Below are positions 1 through 30,045 of a DNA stretch of 64,000 nt, piece after piece. The notes beneath the pieces are model-generated. The model saw only the letters and a program-made list of their open reading frames with translations. It ran no database searches and was not told the DNA's origin. The position numbers and the translations under genes are program-made. The first letter of the stretch is position 1; the number at the start of each line of letters is the position of its first letter. Source of the DNA: Mizuhopecten yessoensis (Eukaryota); assembly GCF_002113885.1 (NCBI RefSeq), contig NW_018406963.1:207000-270999 (forward strand), written 5' to 3'.

Positions 1-481
1 GGTACATGTGAGGCATTTTCAGTCAGATCTACATTTTTTGTCATGAAAAAAGATTTTTATTTTGTATTTATTAAATTAAATATTAAATTTAAAAAAAAAA
101 GGGGGTTTAACCCTTGATCCAGCTCTACTTGTCCCCTTCCATATATCAAGCACTTGAAGGAGTTGAAGAATTAAAAAATCTGATAAGTTACAACCTATTG
201 GTATATTATCAAGAATTACTCACTTTTGAAAGAAAAAAGATACTTGCAGTACGGTACTTAAAATGAAAAAACATTATGAAATCAAATTGCAGTAAAAATT
301 TCCATGAAACTGAAATATTGTTTTAACATAGTCAGCTATGTCCAACATGTTTATACCAGTAAATCTCAATTTCTTCCCCTACACTCCATGTAAGACTGAC
401 TGTACCTGCCTGACAATGGTACTTTTTGCCTGTGTTGCACCTTCGGTTGATTTTTGCTTTTGTTACCAATGATTCTGATAG

Positions 482-16368
<15,887 letters not shown>

Positions 16369-17217
16369 ACGTGAGGAAGTGAGGAGAGATTGAACCGCAG
16401 TGTATGTAGGCTGGAATAGACAGCATTCGAGTTTGGAAGAGATCACAGACGAAAAAAAATATCGACTGATTTACAATTGTCGGGGAGACGAATGACTGAC
16501 AACGTATTAATGATACCTTTATAAACTATTGTGGTCTGGATACGAAAGTTGCTGCCACAATTTGTGCATTTCCTATGACGGAATAAATTTGTTCGTTCTG
16601 TACTGAAGAAAAAGAGCAATTATTGAAAATAGGAACTGGCTATTCTGTTCTGTCGGGTATGACTGGGACAATATGTAGTGTAACTTATTTTTATGTATCA
16701 AGTTATGTCAACATAGATTTGTCCGTTTCCTCTTTTCTTAAAAAAAAAAGTTTGTAACGACAAGTGATGTTTATGAGAAAGGAATTATTTTCTTCTTTTA
16801 TTTATTGTCATATGTTTCTGTGATGAGGTATATTTTTTAAACAAAATTCTGTGATGTCTAAATATAGTGCGATACATTTTAGCGCATTATAGCCAAACAG
16901 TTTCTTCCATTTCCTCGATACATGATTACAAGTACTAGCAAAGAAAACGAAACATATATTAATTGTTGATTTATGAAAATTGACGGTATAAGAAAGAGTG
17001 GCTTACATATCAAAACAACATGGTAGTTTACCTTGCAATTGAATTCAAACCAGTAAGGTTACTGAATATAGTATATGTGAATCTGTCTTTCTGCCTTGCT
17101 CATGAGACAGACGCAGTTTATCTATACAGATACAATCTTATTTTACAGTAATATAGCCAAATTTAGATTAAGTATTTTTACTTGCTTTTGATGCCAAATT
17201 CATAAGTTCCGCTATCA

Positions 17218-17435
17218 GGGGGCCACAGTGACAAAGTGGTTAAGGTGTCTGACCCTCAATGATAACTAGGCCTCCACCACTGGGTCGCAGGTTAGAGGCC
17301 TACGTGGGGTAATCGCCAGGTACTGGCCACAGGTCAGAGGTTTTTCTCCGGGAAATCCGGCTTTCTTCCACCACCAAAACCTGACACGTCCTTAAATGAC
17401 CATAGGTGTTAATAGGACGTAAAACACAAACAAAT
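17218..17435 (+). mobile_element. Full-length tRNA-derived SINE (V-domain-like)
   Basis: A/B-box-like head, body tttttctccgggaaatccggctttcttccacca, (AAAC) tail; 12-bp TSD gttccgctatca at 17206-17217 and 17436-17447. Confidence 0.85.
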
Positions 17436-19194
17436 GTTCCGCTATCATATTTTGTGCAAAACTAACACCTAAAAGGAACTGTCTGCTATAGGCCTCTAAA
17501 AGATCTGTAAGATCCTGCAAATGCATTGATAGACATTTCAGCAATAGCAGACTCTACATTATTAGTCTCTAATGTGAAAAGTGGTGGAATGCAGATGTTA
17601 TTTTATACTGTAAACCAGATTTAGGCTTTTAAAGAACAGTTTGATGATATCTGCAGTAAGGAGGGTAAAGTCGAGGTGGAAGGAGAAAAAATTGAGGAAA
17701 GAATAGACTGAATTGTGTGCTGGGGAGAAATCTTCAGGAGGGAAGAAATTGGGGGCAGGGGGGGATTTTTAGGGATGGCAATGGTTCAAATGGAATTCAA
17801 GGGACAATTTAAGTTTTTGGGGAATTAATATTGTGTTTGGAAATTGGAAAAAAACTTGTAAGTAAAGCAAAAAAAAATTATGGCAGGAATGTAAGTGTAG
17901 AGAAGCTGTCACTGGCCAAACATCTGTGATATTAATTGACCACTGTCCAAATTCATACAGATTTAGCATTATTTATTGTGTTTATGTTCATGTTATTGAT
18001 TTTTATCCACATTGTGCCTTGTTGTTGATTTTCCAAATGAAGATTTTAGGTTATTTTATCATAATTCTATTCGAAGAATTTAAATGAAGAGTTGATTGTT
18101 AATTTTTCATAAATCGTGTTATTAAGTTTATGTTGAATCATAAATTATTGCACCAACCTGATACAACATCTTTGTTTTCTAATATGAATAAATGTTTGAA
18201 AGAAAAGTACATTGACTGACGAGTGTAACGACTGCCAACTCTCAAACGTCGGTACTCAGTGGACTGAAAACAAGCTGAAAGAGTTTTTTGCTTCACTGAT
18301 TCACCCCTGATGACACATTTGAACTCTTCAAATTCAAAGGTTGGAGGAGTTCATTATGAAATTTCAGGGGTGAATGAGTTAAATATCATCAGAAATCACT
18401 TAAAATAGCTATGTTTTCAAAACAATTGAACTCTCTGCAGGCAACATGTGTGTTGTTTCCTGTCTCTATCTTTTTTGTACATATTTATTTGTAATTGTTG
18501 TATATATATGTAAATATATTTAAAAAAGAAGCATTATATTTATCAATGATGGCCAACTTTTAGATTATATAGAACAATATTAATATCTATTTCAAGTATT
18601 CAACCTCTGGAAAAAGGGGTTACATTTTGTGATAACAAACGTGTCAAAGCTGGTCTGTATAAACATCTATATACCTGACTTTTTGTTAGAGGTGACACAC
18701 CCAATGCCTTAACCAGGTACCAATGTAATCATACATGTTTTGCCAAATCATTTTCAATTGGTGATGTCTTTTTGGCAATAAATCGTTTAATATGTAACAT
18801 TGTTTTGACTCATTTTTGTGCTGGAAAAAACGAATATATTATTCTTTTATAAATTGATTCCTGTACCAGACAGACCACAGACCATTGCCGTAGGACGTTG
18901 GATCTCCTTTCCAGATAATTGTGTTGGTTTCCAACATTTGTATTCCACTTTTTCTTTTATAAATTGTTCATCTGAAGATGTAAGCGTTCATATTTTAGCC
19001 GTATTCTTATTTTAGCCGTATTCTAATTTTAGCGTGTTAAGCGCTTTAAATATTATGCTAATTTATTTCACTGCGCTAGTTGAAGTTCCAGTACATATAT
19101 ATATTTCTATTGCTAACTCTTTAATGCGCTAATCAGTTAAAATTTAGTAATATGCCACAATTTAAGTCCGCTAAAATAAATGAAATAAAATACT

Positions 19195-19830
19195 AGTTGC
19201 AGAAGGACTTGCATGAACGGAAGAGGCTTTAAGATTCGAAACATAAAGGTCGGATGTGCCCCTATCATAATTGCAGCCCAATTCGATTTGTAGTTGCAGT
19301 AAGACCTACATGCACGGAAGAAGCTAAGTCGCAAAAAGATGGTCTGTGCCCCTATCATGAAACCGGCACAATTACACTTGCATGAGCGGAAGAGGTTTGA
19401 ACATTTGTTGCATAAATGTTGGCTGTGGTCCTATTATGAATCCGGCACAATTACATTGTGTGGTTGCAGAAAGAATTGCATGAACGTAAGAGGCTTGAGG
19501 ATTCATCGCTTGAAGGTGGGCAGTGCCCCTATCATAACTTCAGCACAATTACACTAGTTGCAGAAAGACTTGCATGAATGTTATAATGAATGTGCCCCTA
19601 TCATGAATTCAGCATACTTCAATTGTGTAGTTGTAGAAAGACGTTGCATGAACTGAAGAGGTTTGAAGATTCGTCGCATGAAGATTTGTTGTGCCCTCAA
19701 ACATGAATCCAACACAACTACAAGTTGTTAGTTGCAGAAAGACTAGAGTTTCGTGAAATAGACTTGAAAATAGCCTTGAAGATTTACCGCATAAAGATTG
19801 GTTGTGCCACTATGACGAATCTGGTGCGAT
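19195..19830 (+). repeat. Degenerate ~110-120 bp tandem repeat
   Basis: Recurring gttgcagaaagacttgcatgaac...gtgcccctatcat motifs, about 6 copies. Confidence 0.7.
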
Positions 19831-20507
19831 GTGCCGGATAACCAGGTGAGAATTCATCGACCACAGTGACCACAGTCTGGGATGGAAATGTGACCGATGT
19901 CGGTCTGGGGAATTAGTACTCAAGTCCGTTTCCAGTTCATTTCTTTATTGTTGCCAACTTCCAGTTCCTACTTCTGCATACCATTGCTAGCACCTTCTAT
20001 CTTAGCTCACTTTCAATCCTGATCTAATCTGGCTCACTTTCCATCTCCCAACTCTGACTCTGTTCTGCCTCTCTGTACTTCCGTCTGCCTTCTCTCTCCC
20101 TCAGTCTGCCTTCCCCTTCACTATCTTTCTGTATCTCTCCCTTATACTAAAAACTAAGAAGTGTCTAATATGCAAATTAGTTAACTAACATTTATATTGG
20201 TCAACTGTAGATGGACAGCCATCAGGTGGTCAATAGAGGTTCCCAGGGCTCCAGTCTGTACCTTCAATTATCACTACTTGACCAGATCTCCATTCCTCTT
20301 TAGATGACTGACCAGTTAGCTTCCTGTCCTTTCATCAACCACACCACCATTCATATTTTGTTTCACAATAACTCCTTGTTCTCAACACTCTGTCTTAAGT
20401 TCTTTCACTTTCATGTGACATCTATTTAATTCTGTTCTCACGATTACCATTTCTAATTACATAACACACTGTCCTCAAATCTTCCTATTTCACACTGTCA
20501 TAGAAAC

Positions 20508-20850
20508 AAGAAACAAGTGTTGAGGTGGTAGAGGATGTTTAGTCGTTGATGGAGGGAGGGAACCAGTGCAAGAAGGAGAAAGTCAAGTGGTCTGCATGCT
20601 CTGAAAAGACAGGCTGGCATTTAATTGATAAAAGATTCAGCAAGGACCAGGAAAGGACTTCCAATGAGGAGATTATTACAGTCATGGATGGAGAAAAGAA
20701 ACAAGTATTAAGGGGGTAGAGGATGTGTAGCTGTTGAACGAGGGAGGGAGAGAGGGAGGGAGATAATGCAAGGAAGAAAAAGTCAAATGGCCTGCATGCA
20801 CTGAAACAACATGCCGGCACGTAACTTGATAAAGATTTAACAAGGACCCA
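20508..20850 (+). repeat. Old ~190-bp tandem duplication
   Basis: aagaaacaagt...ggtagaggatgt...aagtcaa.tggtctgcatgc...tgataaa.gatt..caaggacc at ~20508 and ~20696. Confidence 0.6.
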
Positions 20851-23767
20851 ATGAGGAGAGATAGTTTATTGCATATATGCATCAGAAACTGGAACTTTTC
20901 AAAGATAATATTGGTAATAGATGCCGATGTGGGTGAGTTAGGGGCGTCGTTTTGAGCAGCTACATTGTAAGAGGCTAAAGACACCAAGGAGAATGTTAAT
21001 AAGCAGAGTCGTAAGGAAATGTAGCAGGGAATACTACGTTGCAATTTGTGTTCTTTGGTTGCTATGAAGAAACTGACATATTTGTTGTTTTAACAGTAAT
21101 TTATTCAATAATACATATATACATACTATGTCAGAAGGGTGGAAAAATAAGCTTAGATCTTGCAATAATTCCTCTCTGAAGATTAAAGCTAGAAGGCCCC
21201 GAAAGAAGAGTGGAAACAGATTGTGAAAATTGCTTGATTGTTATGGAGTTTCCAGGGAAAAGTCTCCAAACCAAAGCAGTGAAAAGATTTAATAAAATTC
21301 ACCCATTATTTCACACAACTTTCAAAAATGTTATGAAAAGTTTAAATGTAATCAAGTCCTACAAAATTTCACATCGCCTTTCACAGATTTTATGGAAAGT
21401 TAAAATGTAATCAAATCCAACAAAATTCCACATCGCCTTTCACAGGTTCTATGGAAAGAGAAAACGCAACTCGGTGTTACGGCTGTAAACTATAATGTAT
21501 ATAGCTTCGGTAAAGTATTCAGTTGTCATAGCAACGGCCAATACCCGGCAGATTGATTCCAAAGACCGAACAAAACCCTCTTCAAGAACTGACTCGGTAA
21601 TTAAAGAGAAAACTATAATGTGCAGCAAAAAGCCCAAACAGTACAAGACATTCTATTTTGACGGGAAGATTCAATAAACGACCCCGTAACCGTATATCAG
21701 GTAGCCAAATTGAGAGAAAAAATACTAATGCACTAATAGTTCTTTTCTCATTCGCGAATGGTACATCTGCGCAGACAAAGCTCTGTTCAATAATCTTGCA
21801 TTGGTACCAGACTCCATTCAAACATCAAATCCCTTTGCTTGTTGAAGTTGGATATTTTTTATTTTTATTTTTGAAAATCCGCTAACCCGACACCCGGGGA
21901 AACCAGATTTTTAGCTTATAGGCCAGTGAAATTTAGAGGCTGACTAGGCCGGGGCTAGTGACTTTTTATGATGTTATAAATGGCAAAGATCCTTCTTTTC
22001 AACTATTCTGTTGGAATTAATCACTATTCACAACATAAACAGCATTAGAAGAAGTCTATGCTAACCACCAACATGACTAATTTTGACATAAGCACGCTTA
22101 CGTGGGCTACAGAAATAAAGTTAGTCTCTCCAAAAGTCGGCAAGTCGGCCAATGTTACCTTACACTCTTTTCACCACGGAAAGTATCTGTTCAGATGGAG
22201 AGCATGCTTCGACCAATAATGCATTGCGGACGGCTTCTGTGAGGACACCATTTACTTTGCACCAACGCATTCAAAAGACAACATCGATAATTTTCGGAGA
22301 AATGAACGCCAATAGAGGACCCAATCACATTACATTACAGTTCACATTATCTTTGTTTACACTCTATGTGAAACATGTGACCATCCAGTAATTTCCTACG
22401 CCCGTCTCTGTTCTTGTGGTGGCTGTTTCTTGACTTTTCAATGAATTCCTTCCCAGTTATCTTACCTTGTATGAACCGTTCTTCTACAGTTGCACGTGAC
22501 TTTCCACGTTTGCAATTCCCCATTTGACTGCCGTCATGGACATGGCGATCTCGCTCGATTTTTAGAACGTATATCAAGAGCGACTTCCCTACTACGTTTG
22601 CAAAGGTGTAAAGGAGCAATCTGACTATGACAAAGGTATGAAACAAGAGGCCTTATATTAACATAATTGTTCATATCTTAAGATAACTGAAAACAGGTTC
22701 TTTAAATAAAAGTTGCAGTACAATTCAATTGCAGACAGATTTAATTCAAGAAAGCTACAATTATATTGAAGATATCTTCAGACGCTTGAAATTAACTTAC
22801 TTCAACCGAATTGAATATGTCGTCAAATGAAATGAACCTAGCTATGTATAAATACTATACATCTTCAAATGAGTTGAAAAGATATCTCGATTCAATTGAA
22901 GATAGGTTCAACAGAATTAAGACAAGTTGAATTTGTCGTATTTCAAATTATTTTCGATCAAATAAATTGGAGATATCTCACCCAATTCACTTGAAAACAT
23001 TTACAATTGAATTGTACCTACCTATCTTCAATAAGTTTTAATCAGGATGTCTTCCCATTAAACTGTATATTTTTGCCTCGAGCATCCCAGCTTACAGCGC
23101 ATTTTCGCTTTGTTGCAACATCACAATATAAAACGGCTCTGTCTTGCATTTTCATAAGGTCGCTTCGACAAAGCAGAAAGGCGAAAAATGAAAAGTGGTT
23201 CTTAACAACCTCGATGTGAGAACAAAAAGCACTGGGCTTTATATTTAAGAGATGCATGGTGGCGATACTATGGACATGTTCAATGGTCGTCATCATTAAC
23301 TCATTTCGTGGAATATTGCATTTCCTTGTGCGATATGAATACAGATGTTTGCCAAAACTTTGTTCTGTCTTAAATAATTTGGATTTCAATGAGATTTTTG
23401 CGACGGTTACTGACAATGAACAAGAAAACGCTGGTTCTAAATGACCTTTTTTCATTTTTATTTTATTTACAATTCCGACATTTTTTTTTATTTAAATCTT
23501 AAAACATATTCATGAAATTGGTTTTTTTTCTTCATCGAAGTACTTATATAACTGCCATTGAGCTTCCTTTGAAAAAAAATGTGAACTCAAAACTGTAGTA
23601 GTTATGTGACGCTCAAATTGCATCAAAAAAGAAAAGAATATAAAATCATTAAAAGAATAGTTTGAGGTAATTTATTAGTGTTTTGTAGTCTGATTGTGCT
23701 GCGATGTTAATTGAAAAAGATGGTAATATCAGCAAATAGTCGAATATGGCTTTTTAGTGATTTTGGT

Positions 23768-23789
23768 CAGGGATGTGTACACATCCCTG
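23768..23789. mobile_element. 22-bp perfect palindrome with 7-bp target-site duplication
   Basis: ttttggt-CAGGGATGTGTACACATCCCTG-ttttggt. Confidence 0.6.
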
Positions 23790-23807
23790 TTTTGGTAGAT
23801 CGTTTAT

Positions 23808-23880
23808 TTACATAAGAAATAAGCATGAGTCTAGGACAGAACCTTGAGGCACACTAGACGAAACTGGGCATGTAACTCGA
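23808..23880 (-). mobile_element. Tiny LINE reverse-transcriptase remnant
   Basis: VSSSVPQGSVLDSCLFL resembles the RT GVPQGSVLGP motif. Confidence 0.5.
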
Positions 23881-25028
23881 TTTAATATTTTCAACAAGAA
23901 TTTAATTCTTTTTGCTACGATTTTGAAGAAAGCTTTTTTTTTCATCCAGTTGATAATATGGGTGTTAATAATTAAAATAAGTCTTTTTCTTTGCAATAGA
24001 CTTTGCTTACGTTTAGTATTGTAGCCTTGAATAATACTTGATGTTGCTTGTGTAAATTAAAGTTAAAGTTTGGTAATGCCTATATTTCTGTCGATTTTTA
24101 CGTCAAAACTTTTATTCTCAGATACACAAGATACAAGAAACTTGGTAATTTGTGTTGTTGACTCTAGACATTGTATACATATAACATGAAACATCAGCTC
24201 CGAAGAGCTAGATCCTATGACAAATATCACAATAACACAAAACATACAATAACAAACAAAACGCATAATAAAACTGAAACTAAAAATATACATATTACTA
24301 GAAATATAAATAATATTCTTGAAATAAGAGTTTTATCATAATGTTAAAATGTTTAAGACACCACTATTTTTATACGTAGCTGTATGATATATTAGTCCAA
24401 GGGCCAATGGGTCAGACGTGGTATGTCTTTTACTCTACCACGATGTTCAGGCATCCTTATTTAAGACTTAACTTATCATTTCGACATTTGTATTTTAGGC
24501 TCCTCCATTCGGGAAAACATGCCACAACTACCGTGTTTTTTTCTTATATTAGAATATGGGGAAAACATTGAGTTGACCATGGGTTAATTAAGCGCTTGAT
24601 TTCTACTTTCGATTTGTGTTGTGTTTCCGTTGTTGTTCGTGGATTTTGCATATTATTATTTTTGTCAATGTAGGCATCGATGTATTGGTAAGGGACTTAA
24701 ACTAGTATGTATTGGAAATGTTATTGATTGGCGGTTGATCGGAACTGATCGACGTCATCGCGAAATATTTACTTACATTTGTGTACATGTACAGTCACAT
24801 TGGTGTGCAATACGTATATAATCTACCACAAATTAATTTTACACTTTAATCTATATATCTTTCAGTTCCTATACACTAAAGATCATTCGTACTGATTTTC
24901 TTACATGTTATACGTCGATAACTTTCCTTTTTTCCACGGATATTTATTGAGTAATCATGAATTATATAAAAAGACTTTACCTTTATAACTCGATTTTGTT
25001 TTTTGGATGAAAAAAATGTCTCTTTAAT

Positions 25029-25067
25029 CAGAGACGTATAAAGCCATATGTGTTTTATACGTCTCTG
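25029..25067. mobile_element. 39-bp hairpin mini-MITE with 7-bp TSD
   Basis: ctttaat-CAGAGACGTATAAA gccatatgtgt TTTATACGTCTCTG-ctttaat. Confidence 0.65.
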
Positions 25068-25197
25068 CTTTAATGGTGTATTCAGTTCATAAGATTATAA
25101 ACTGATTATGTTATCGATCAACAACCGGTTTACTTCTTCCGATTACAAAATGATTATCAATAATGATTTTTAGCCGATTGCCAATCACCACATTAAC

Positions 25198-25314
25198 TAA
25201 CCCGAGTTTCCTCTGGCCCTGACGCCAGACTTACACATTTTGACAGATGGATGTCTGGTGTTTTTCTGTCAAAATGTGTAAGTCCAGTGTCGGGGCCAGA
25301 GGAAACTCGGGCTA
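25198..25314. mobile_element. Foldback MITE with 9-bp TSD (Mutator-like)
   Basis: ~50-bp inverted arms taacccgagtttcctctggccc...gggccagaggaaactcgggcta; flanks cacattaac / tacattaac. Confidence 0.7.
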
Positions 25315-25598
25315 TACATTAACTTGGTACTGATATTAGTTCCTGGCCTCCTCTGCCCTGCAATATATAAATAAACTGTCTTGTCATCAGAAGCTATGTA
25401 ACCACAGCTATATATTAACTGTATATTTACTTTTGAGAACAATAAGGCTTCCAGAATTATTATATTTATTGTGATGAATGTGGGAAATTGATTAATCAGG
25501 GCTCCACTGTACATTTCACAGTGATTGATATCTTATTATTTTCTTTATGACAGATTTTGTCTGCTTTTCAACTTAAATCTGAACCAAACGAAGGACAG

Positions 25599-27480
25599 AT
25601 GGCTGAGAGAGGTACTGAGCCACAAAACTGGAGGGATGGTAGGACACTAACACAGTGTAATCGCTACATGCTGGAGCAGGAAATCAGCTGTGATGTGCAC
25701 TTCATAGTCGGACCAAACGACGACCAACAGCGTATTGGCGCTCACAAATACATGCTAATGACCAGGAGTGATGTGTTTTTCGCCATGTTTGAGGGTCTTA
25801 TGGCTGAGGAAAACAGCTTGGTCACAATTCCTGACATTGACCCAACTACCTTCAAGAAAATGTTATTGTAAGTGCTATCAGATATCATTAGATCAGGCAA
25901 ATTTTAATTTTTTGATGATATAAGTGAGGTTTAATACCATTTGTCATTCTATAATATGGGTAATTTCAGTATGAGTCCATATTATGTGTTAGTTTAGTAT
26001 AAATGAGACTATTTTATGGGTTTGTTCAGTAAAAAAATACAAAAAAAAACAGTTCCGTGTAAACAAATTTATATTATAATATGGGCTAAATCATTATGTA
26101 AATGATTCTATCCCAAAGTCGCACCTAAAACCAATTTGAATTTCTAATTCTACTGTATAATGTATATCAAATAATCAAAAGTAAAGAGTAAGTCAGTCCT
26201 GAATCGAGATTTCTGTAACTGCAGGGATTCCAGCGTAGCTTATCTTGTCTTTTATTTTTATTTTTACAACAGGATTGCATCCGTATACCACTGGGTATCC
26301 TCCTGAAACTGAGACATGGGATGTAAACATTCTTGTACACTTATACAACGTTTGTTCACATTATCCATCTACAGAATGTTGTTACATTTAATAGTGGCCA
26401 TTTTAAGCATAATAATAAACATGTTATTTATTATCATCTTACAGGTACATTTACTGTGATGATACAGGAGTAGATACAGACGAAGCCTTTCCTCTGCTGT
26501 ATGCCGCCCAGAAGTACAACATACAGGGCCTGGTAAACCGGTGCGGCCAGCGAATGCGGACGGGAATCTCCAGGGAGAATGTATGCCATATTCTGATAAA
26601 CACATTCCTGTGGCATGAAGAAGAAACAAAACAGGCCTGTGTGCAGTACATCAACCTCCATGCATCGGATGTGTTTTCAACAGAAGGGTTCACAGATTTG
26701 CCAGAAGAATCTCTGATCGAGCTACTGCAACATCACAAGTTAAATATACAAGAAGAGAGAATATTCGAGGCAGTTATAAAATGGGCAGATGAAAAAATCA
26801 AGAGACAAAATTTAAGGGTCGATGCTACCAACAGGCGCAACGCCCTGAACAAAATTCTGCCGCACATTCGTTTTGCAAGAATGGACGTGGCTTACTTCTC
26901 CGATAAGGTCACCCATAAAGGTATTCTGACTACTTCAGAGATTGTTAAGTACTTTCAATTCTTGACCACAAAAAAGGCTGACCCTCCAGAACCTCAGAGA
27001 GAACAGAGACTTGTGTTTGAAAGATTTAAGGGGGTCTTAAGTGGTAAAGGTTATTTCCGTGGCAACACAGACGCTATCTCCTTCATGCTCTCTGAAGATG
27101 CCAAGCTACACGAGGTTTTGGTCTATGGCAGCTGCATGAATCAAGCTTTGTATAAGATGAACCTGAGAGTTCTAGAAGATGGTGGTGCTGAATTGCATTT
27201 GAAGGTATTTGATTTGAGGACTGATGGCTCTACGAAAACCTATCCACTTGGGATAGTGCCTCCTGTTCTGGTGAAAAAAGAAGTCTGCTACTCGTTAGTA
27301 ATGGAAATCACAGGCCCAGCTAGCTACTACGGACAAGATGGAGTTGAAAGTTTGACCAAGGAGGAAGTGACAATAACTTTCTGTACCAATAAAGAAGGAC
27401 TGAATGGCACAAATATCAAACAAGGACAATTCCATAGCTTAGTCTTTGAAAAGATACAGTCAATAATGACTTACAGTTAA
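25599..27480 (+). CDS. BTB/POZ-BACK-PHR protein (BTBD2/3/6-like), paralog 1, 434 aa
   Basis: Exons 25599-25867 and 26445-27480 (phase-2 intron, ORF intact). BTB: CDVHFIVG...IGAHKYMLMTRSDVFFAMFEG; BACK: IQEERIFEAVIKWA...ILPHIRF; PHR: DAISF...GTNIKQGQFHSLVF. Probable 5'UTR exon donor at 24687. Confidence 0.9.
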
Positions 27481-27873
27481 ACCTAGATATAATGCCCCCC
27501 ATTTCATTTACCGCCAACATATCTCTGTCCCTTTTTCTCGTTTTCTTAAGAACCACTTTATACATTTCCCTCAATTTATCGCCAATCCCCTTTATAACGC
27601 CAAAATTGCTCTGGACAAATGGTGGCAGTATAATGAGGTTTTACTGTATTGAGAACATGTACAGTAAAACATGTTTGTAACAAAACCAAGGGTAATTAGT
27701 TTTATTATAGATATAATGCCTTATATGTTTGAAGTCCATGAGAAATTCCTGCTATGGGACATGATTTGCATAACTGTGTTCATCCTAATAGTATTTAAGA
27801 GGTCCATCCTTTATAAGTGACATAAATCCTGGTGTAAAGCCAAGGAAATAGCGAGGTGGTTGGGTGGGTGGGT

Positions 27874-27971
27874 NNNNNNNNNNNNNNNNNNNNNNNNNNN
27901 NNNNNNNNNNNNNNNNNNNNNNNNNNNNNNNNNNNNNNNNNNNNNNNNNNNNNNNNNNNNNNNNNNNNNNN
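27874..27971. other. Assembly gap (N run) at a G-rich tract
   Basis: 98 N characters. Confidence 0.99.
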
Positions 27972-29539
27972 GGGGGGGGATACAGTAGCTTTTCCAGTGA
28001 TTCTGTAAAACCTGTGGATTTGCTAAATAGTTCAGCAGTGAAGCACATGGCTGGATGGGTGTGTGCTTGCTAGTTACTTTTTTGTGGATGAGTGTCCCAT
28101 CCCACCATAATTTAACAACTAACCTGAAAAGTGTAGATTTTGGCTAGTTTTTGAGATATAATATCCGGGAAGTTCTGGAATTGTTCATTTTCTTCCGAAT
28201 CCCTGGGTGCTTTTTACGTCAAATGCATTACGCATGTTCATTATGATTATGTTTTACTGTACATGCTGTGTACAAGGTTTACTATAGAAGGGGAGGGGTT
28301 ATGTTACCCTGGTAAAATACTAGCTGCTTCCTACTGTGGTGGCTAGGGAGGATTTCTCTTAAGCTTATTCAGTAGAGCACCAGTTAAGTAAACCAGAGGG
28401 TCAGTGAGTTTGACTCGTAGCAGAGGCGTTATATTGAAAAATATGACCTCTTTTACAGAAGTGTGTACATAAAAGTGTTGATGATACTTAAAATTATCAT
28501 GATGTTTTTGTAGACTAGTACATTTAGTATTATTATACCTCATCTTTATAACAGCATGTCTGATTGGAGGATATTGATCACATGACGGGGCAATACAAAA
28601 TCATGTTACCTTCACACCCTTAAGTTTCCCCCGATCATATTTCCCTTATTCGGAGTCTCTCTAGAGAAAATAGGCAAGTCACTGTAACTGGTCATGAGTT
28701 CCGAACGATTCAGCAACTTGATAATCTTTACTAACGAATATTTTGTATAATTTCCGCATAATAGAATATTTATTCCCCTTGTGGTAGAGAAACGTGATTC
28801 TTTGTTACTCCTTTATATTATGATATACTAGTGTTATATATTTTGAAGAACATGCAATACTAACCATTAGTGTTGTATATTGTTTTCTATTTTAATCTTT
28901 TTATGCTCGTAGATTAGATATATATACAATAAATATATATTTCCTTACAAATATTTAAATAAGGTGTGTGTGTTTGCCCTTAGCACTATGCAAGTTGTCT
29001 CCCTTGTATGAGAAATTAGTGATAATTTCTGGGCATGTGGAACATTTTTTTATTCCCATAAGGAGCAGTCCAGAAAAACAACAGATTGTTGACTGTAATG
29101 TGACAAACTATGATGAATTGTCAAGTTTGCATATAGGCTTCCAGAAAAAATGTCTGTTTTTCACGTTTGATATAATAAAGTAAAGTGTCTAAATTGGAGA
29201 AAAAGTATCTGGATTCCATTTAAGCTACATGTTTACAGTAAAATGCCACATAACCCTATAGGTCGGGGATTAAGATAAGAGTTTACCTGCTATTACCCAC
29301 TGCATGATCGTAAGAGGCGACTAATGTGGGAACCTCTACCTAATATAGAATTTGAATTGTGCCTTCAAGTAGAGGATACAAAAGCAACAAAAATATATCT
29401 GCTGCAATATTTGGGATTTTTATATTTCTATCTTCTTCTCACTGACGTTTGAGCAATATTTGGGATTTTTATACTTCTATCTTCTTCTCACTGACGTTTG
29501 ATTCCTAGAACCTTGCTTTGGGATACCTCAATTTTGGCA

Positions 29540-30045
29540 GTGGGTTCTGCCCTCATGCCGGGAAACACCAAAGTCCTTAAAAAACGGTAGTTGGTTGTTC
29601 GCTACTTAACGCTCAGCAATTGGGGGAAATGACACGATGTGACCATGCAGATTTCTTCGTATGGTATTTCAGTGAGACAGCACTATAATATCGGCATCAC
29701 ATCCGCGCTATCGCTTCTTAGGTAATTACGCCAATAACTCTGCCGCCATCCAACATACATAAATGCACGCATACATGACACACATGAAGGTATTCCGTCT
29801 TTGCGTATTGCAGAGTTATCTTCCCTTGTGAGCAGGTATTGATTGTACGTCATTGGTTTGTGTGAGAAAATTACGTCGTTTTCTCAAAAATTGATGACGT
29901 TCCTCTCACAAACCAATGACGTAACAATCAATACCTGCTTACAAGAGAAGATAACTCTGCAATACGCAAAGACGGAATATTTGTACGTTCTTTAATGACC
30001 TTGTCTGTTGTTTGGACTTTAAACTATATAAAACCAAACCAAATT
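29540..30045 (+). mobile_element. Meta-domain-like SINE interrupted by a MITE
   Basis: aaaaacggtagttggttgttcgctacttaacgctcagca body; tail acgttctttaatgacc...taaaaccaaaccaaa; a minus-strand relative lies at 59646-59990. Confidence 0.5.
29791..29979. mobile_element. Foldback MITE with ~85-bp TIRs and TA ends
   Basis: tattccgtctttgcgtattgcagagttatc...gataactctgcaatacgcaaagacggaata; one-arm copy at 34429-34538. Confidence 0.8.

Noticed and set aside
22152-22646. GC-richer stretch with ORFs on both strands
   Set aside because: No recognisable motif, and no phase-consistent exon chain could be built.
27785-28073. ORFs spanning the N-run
   Set aside because: Artefacts of translating the assembly gap.
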